DNA of 43,476 nt from Klebsormidium nitens (Eukaryota > Plantae > Klebsormidiophyceae). The stretch covers positions 1 through 43,476 of the forward strand of contig DF237657.1 in the NCBI GenBank assembly GCA_000708835.1, written 5' to 3'. The notes under the pieces are model-generated. The model saw nothing but the letters and a program-made list of their open reading frames with translations. It had not been told where the DNA came from and ran no database searches. Positions 40,746 to 43,476 of this stretch are shown piece by piece (the stretch's first letter is position 1; the number at the start of each line of letters is the position of its first letter). The position numbers and the translations under genes are program-made.

Positions 40746-42836
40746 TCACCCGGAGATCATGTGCTCGAGAAGAGTCTCGCGCAACGAATCCAGGTTTGCA
40801 GGCTTTACCAAGACGCCAGCCATTCCAACTTCCAAGCACCGGTCAAACGTTGCAGATCTCTGGTCAGCGGTCAGGGCAACAACGGTCCGTGGCCTCTTCG
40901 ATTCTGGCAAGGCTGCAATCCTCCTCATAGTCTCAAAGCCGTCCCAGCCAGGCATGGTGAGATCCAAGAAGCAAAAAACGAATCTTGTCAACTCCATTTC
41001 CAGCAGCCGCAAGCAGGCCTCCCCGGATTCTACTGTCTTTGGAGAGCACCCCAGCTTGCGGAGCATCTTGGCAGTTACAAGACGGTTCACACTGTTGTCG
41101 TCCACAACAAGCACACGCATGCCTTTGAGGCTGCCTACAGACTCACTCCGCTTGATGATGGTCCGTTCCACGTCATGACTTACCCGCCCAAGGTGGATAT
41201 AGAACGATGCAGTTGTTCCTAGCCCAATACCCGGGCTTTGGAGCCACACGGCTCCTCCCATGAGGCGTGCCAGGTGTCTGCAGATCGAGAGACCCAGTCC
41301 CATCCCTCCAGCTTTGCGCCCAGAATCCAGCTGTCGGAATCGCTCACAGAGGCTGCCTATTGCTGAAGCTTCGACCCCAATGCCATCATCAACCACGTCC
41401 ACTCGAATCCGGTGTGTCGTACTGGTGGGTGGAGCCTCCTCCTCCCAGACTCGAAATGTTATCGTCGACTTTGTAAACTTGAGTGCATTGTTCAGGAGAT
41501 TCAAACACATCTGCATCGTCCGCTTTGCATCTCCGTCCACATATTGAGGCAAGTTATTGGCTTCTACAGTGAATCTGTATCCAGCCTCCCTTGCCATGGG
41601 CTCTACCATGCGAGATGCCTCACGAACCAGGTTCGTCAGATCAAACGGTGCCGTTCGAAGCTGAAAGTCCCCTCGATTGATCCGTGAAACATCCAGAACG
41701 TCGTCGATAAGAACGGAAAGGAGTCCTGCACTCGTGGAGATGGTATTGACCATCTCCTGGTCCCCTCTCGAAAGCGAGTTGCTGTGCTGCAGCACCGATG
41801 CTATGGCCAAGACGGCATGGAGAGGGGTCCGCATCTCGTGGCTCACCACCGCAAAAAACTCTTCGCGTGCTTTGATCCCCGTCTCAGCTGCCAAGCGCGC
41901 CTCCTTGAGCTCACGGTTCTGGGCCAGCAGATCGCGCAGGATGTGAGCGTGAGAGATTGCAACGCTGATCTGACTGGTTGCAATCTCCAAGACCTCCCAA
42001 TCGTAATCGGTCCAGTTGGAGTCCTTGGCGAGTGCAAGGATGTACTTCTGTGGTAATTGCTGCATTTCGCCCTGGAATGTAAGCTGAGGCAACACCAGAG
42101 ATACCGCATAAGCTCCATGGCGGTGGCCAGATCCAAGCAGGCACGTCCTCGGATCCAGGGGAACTGGTCCCTGAGATGAGATGGTTGTTTGCACCTCGTC
42201 CAAGCCGATCGGAATGACAGTACGGCTCCCCTTCAGTGAACCAACGGCACTCACCACATGCATAGCGTCGGGATGTGGACCAGTCGACCAGACAGCACAA
42301 TCAGTCAGGTTCAAGACCTTGGAAAGCTCCACAATTGTAGTCTCCAAGATGGTCATGGTGTCCAGAGACGAGTAGATGCCCACTGAGAGCATGCGCACAC
42401 TGTGTGTAGCAGCATATTTGCGCCTTAGCAATCCGACCTCTTGATCCAACTCATCTGCTTTCAACTTCAAGTAATGCTCTCGTTCTCGCAATCGCAAGAA
42501 GCGAGGAATCTCCCAGAACAGGAATACTGTCGTAACACCAGAAACCAGTGCCGTGAGACATTTGGCTAGGGTACTACGTGCCACAGACGAATAAGTATCC
42601 ATGAGGATCAACTGGCGGGCTGATAGCAGGTGTGTGCAGCCACAGAACAGAATAAAGAGCACGAATTGCACGAGTGTCCCTTTCTGAGGAAGCTCCTTGA
42701 ACTTGAGGCCAAAGTATATGAGCTCGATAGGGATGGAAAAGTAGGCCACCGAAATGATGGTGTCTGCCCACGCTTGGAGTTGCCCAAGGCTGTGGGAATA
42801 CGTCCACATTCTACCGAGGCACGCACATTGAACCAT
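40746..42836 (-). CDS. ETR1: Ethylene receptor, ETR1-type hybrid histidine kinase (ethylene-binding TM domain, GAF, HisKA, HATPase, receiver), intronless, 696 aa
   Basis: MVQCACL (Cys4/Cys6), ADTIISVAYFSIPIELIYF, FILFCGCTHL (Cu-binding Cys/His), SHEMRTPLH, NLLNNALKFT, DDGIG, GLGLSIC, VLVVDDN...FLDLTMP...LVKP. Confidence 0.95.
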   Translation of the reverse strand: MVQCACLGRMWTYSHSLGQLQAWADTIISVAYFSIPIELIYFGLKFKELPQKGTLVQFVLFILFCGCTHLLSARQLILMDTYSSVARSTLAKCLTALVSGVTTVFLFWEIPRFLRLREREHYLKLKADELDQEVGLLRRKYAATHSVRMLSVGIYSSLDTMTILETTIVELSKVLNLTDCAVWSTGPHPDAMHVVSAVGSLKGSRTVIPIGLDEVQTTISSQGPVPLDPRTCLLGSGHRHGAYAVSLVLPQLTFQGEMQQLPQKYILALAKDSNWTDYDWEVLEIATSQISVAISHAHILRDLLAQNRELKEARLAAETGIKAREEFFAVVSHEMRTPLHAVLAIASVLQHSNSLSRGDQEMVNTISTSAGLLSVLIDDVLDVSRINRGDFQLRTAPFDLTNLVREASRMVEPMAREAGYRFTVEANNLPQYVDGDAKRTMQMCLNLLNNALKFTKSTITFRVWEEEAPPTSTTHRIRVDVVDDGIGVEASAIGSLCERFRQLDSGRKAGGMGLGLSICRHLARLMGGAVWLQSPGIGLGTTASFYIHLGRVSHDVERTIIKRSESVGSLKGMRVLVVDDNSVNRLVTAKMLRKLGCSPKTVESGEACLRLLEMELTRFVFCFLDLTMPGWDGFETMRRIAALPESKRPRTVVALTADQRSATFDRCLEVGMAGVLVKPANLDSLRETLLEHMISG

Positions 42837-43070
42837 GCTTGAACCATGCAGTATGAGTAGGTGTTTTGTCTGAGCAACTGGACGCGAAGCCACACTGGCC
42901 CCAAACACTGGCCCCTAAACTGGCCCCCAAATGCATGGCATGTAACCAAAGTTGAAAGAATATAACCATGCGGCTCATGTGGGGCAGCACCCTGTAACCA
43001 TTCGTACTCCTTTCAAAACACCCATGACACACAGTGTAACCATGGCTATAACCTTAGACCCGCTTTGTAA

Positions 43071-43100
43071 CCAGATTAATTTCGGCCGAAATTAATCTGG
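43071..43100. other. Perfect 30-bp palindrome
   Basis: CCAGATTAATTTCGGCCGAAATTAATCTGG equals its own reverse complement. Confidence 0.95.
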
Positions 43101-43476
43101 CCATCTCGCTTTTCATGACAAACGTTGTGCCCGTTCTAGCAATTGAGATGCTAAAACGTCTTTTTCTACTGTAACCTTACACTTCCTGGTTATGCCAACC
43201 TTACTAATTTCATAGCAAGGTTACAAAAGTTGACAAAAATTCATATGCTATTTATGTAACAACACGTAACCTTTTAGCAACGATTGTGCAATTGAGATAC
43301 GAGGGCGCATAATTCGCACGTTGGTGGTTACACTTCCAAGTCTGGGTTGAAAGGTGGTTATGCTACAGTTGGTTGACTCGGTGCCTGATTCGGTCTTGCC
43401 CACATCCGTACAAGTCTTACTTTATTATAAGTGCTATTAGCTCTAATAATTAGATTATTACCATTTTCGCCCAAAC

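Larger units (their letters stand above)
1..42836. mobile_element. Probable giant endogenous viral element (NCLDV, Algavirales-like); boundaries not defined within the window
   Basis: Co-occurring stand-alone CYTH RNA triphosphatase, TBP, TFIIB, TFIIS, YqaJ, SNase, WLM, KilA-N and EsV-1-7 genes, mostly intronless with very short intergenic gaps; scaffold gaps, spliceosomal introns and pseudogenising lesions indicate a chromosomal context. No capsid or polymerase gene in the window. Confidence 0.8.

Noticed and set aside
313-42949. Numerous antisense or overlapping ORFs in the track (for example 313-771, 1101-1670, 3923-4564, 27141-27719, 40716-41222)
   Set aside because: They are shadows of better-supported genes on the other strand or frame.
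1-43476. tRNA or rRNA genes
   Set aside because: None was recognisable by eye; tRNAscan-SE was not run.

Overview
This window looks like part of an endogenised giant virus (Nucleocytoviricota, probably Algavirales/phycodnavirus-like) inside a gapped eukaryotic scaffold. The host is most plausibly a streptophyte alga such as Klebsormidium; this is inferred from the plant-type ethylene receptor, WNK and PIP-like genes and from 116-161 nt GT-AG introns. Densely packed, intronless NCLDV-type genes (stand-alone CYTH RNA triphosphatase, TBP, TFIIB, TFIIS, YqaJ exonuclease, SNase, WLM protease, thioredoxin, RING, EsV-1-7, KilA-N, C5-methyltransferase) are interleaved with captured host-like genes and two intron-rich SAND-domain genes that I reconstructed by hand. 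Several genes carry single nonsense or frameshift lesions, consistent with early decay after integration, although some could be assembly errors. No capsid, DNA polymerase or RNA polymerase gene lies in the window, so the viral assignment rests on gene content and packing. The most notable observations are: (1) an intact, intronless, full-length ETR1-type ethylene receptor packed 32 bp from a viral-style gene; (2) a C5 DNA methyltransferase with a methyl-CpG-binding domain (MBD) inserted where the target-recognition domain normally sits; (3) a head-to-head pair of highly diverged, N-terminally tailless H3-like and H4-like histones; (4) an ATG8 ending in an exposed Gly; (5) a CE-clan protease-TPR-SAND-SAND multi-exon gene; and (6) several unexplained repeat and palindrome families.
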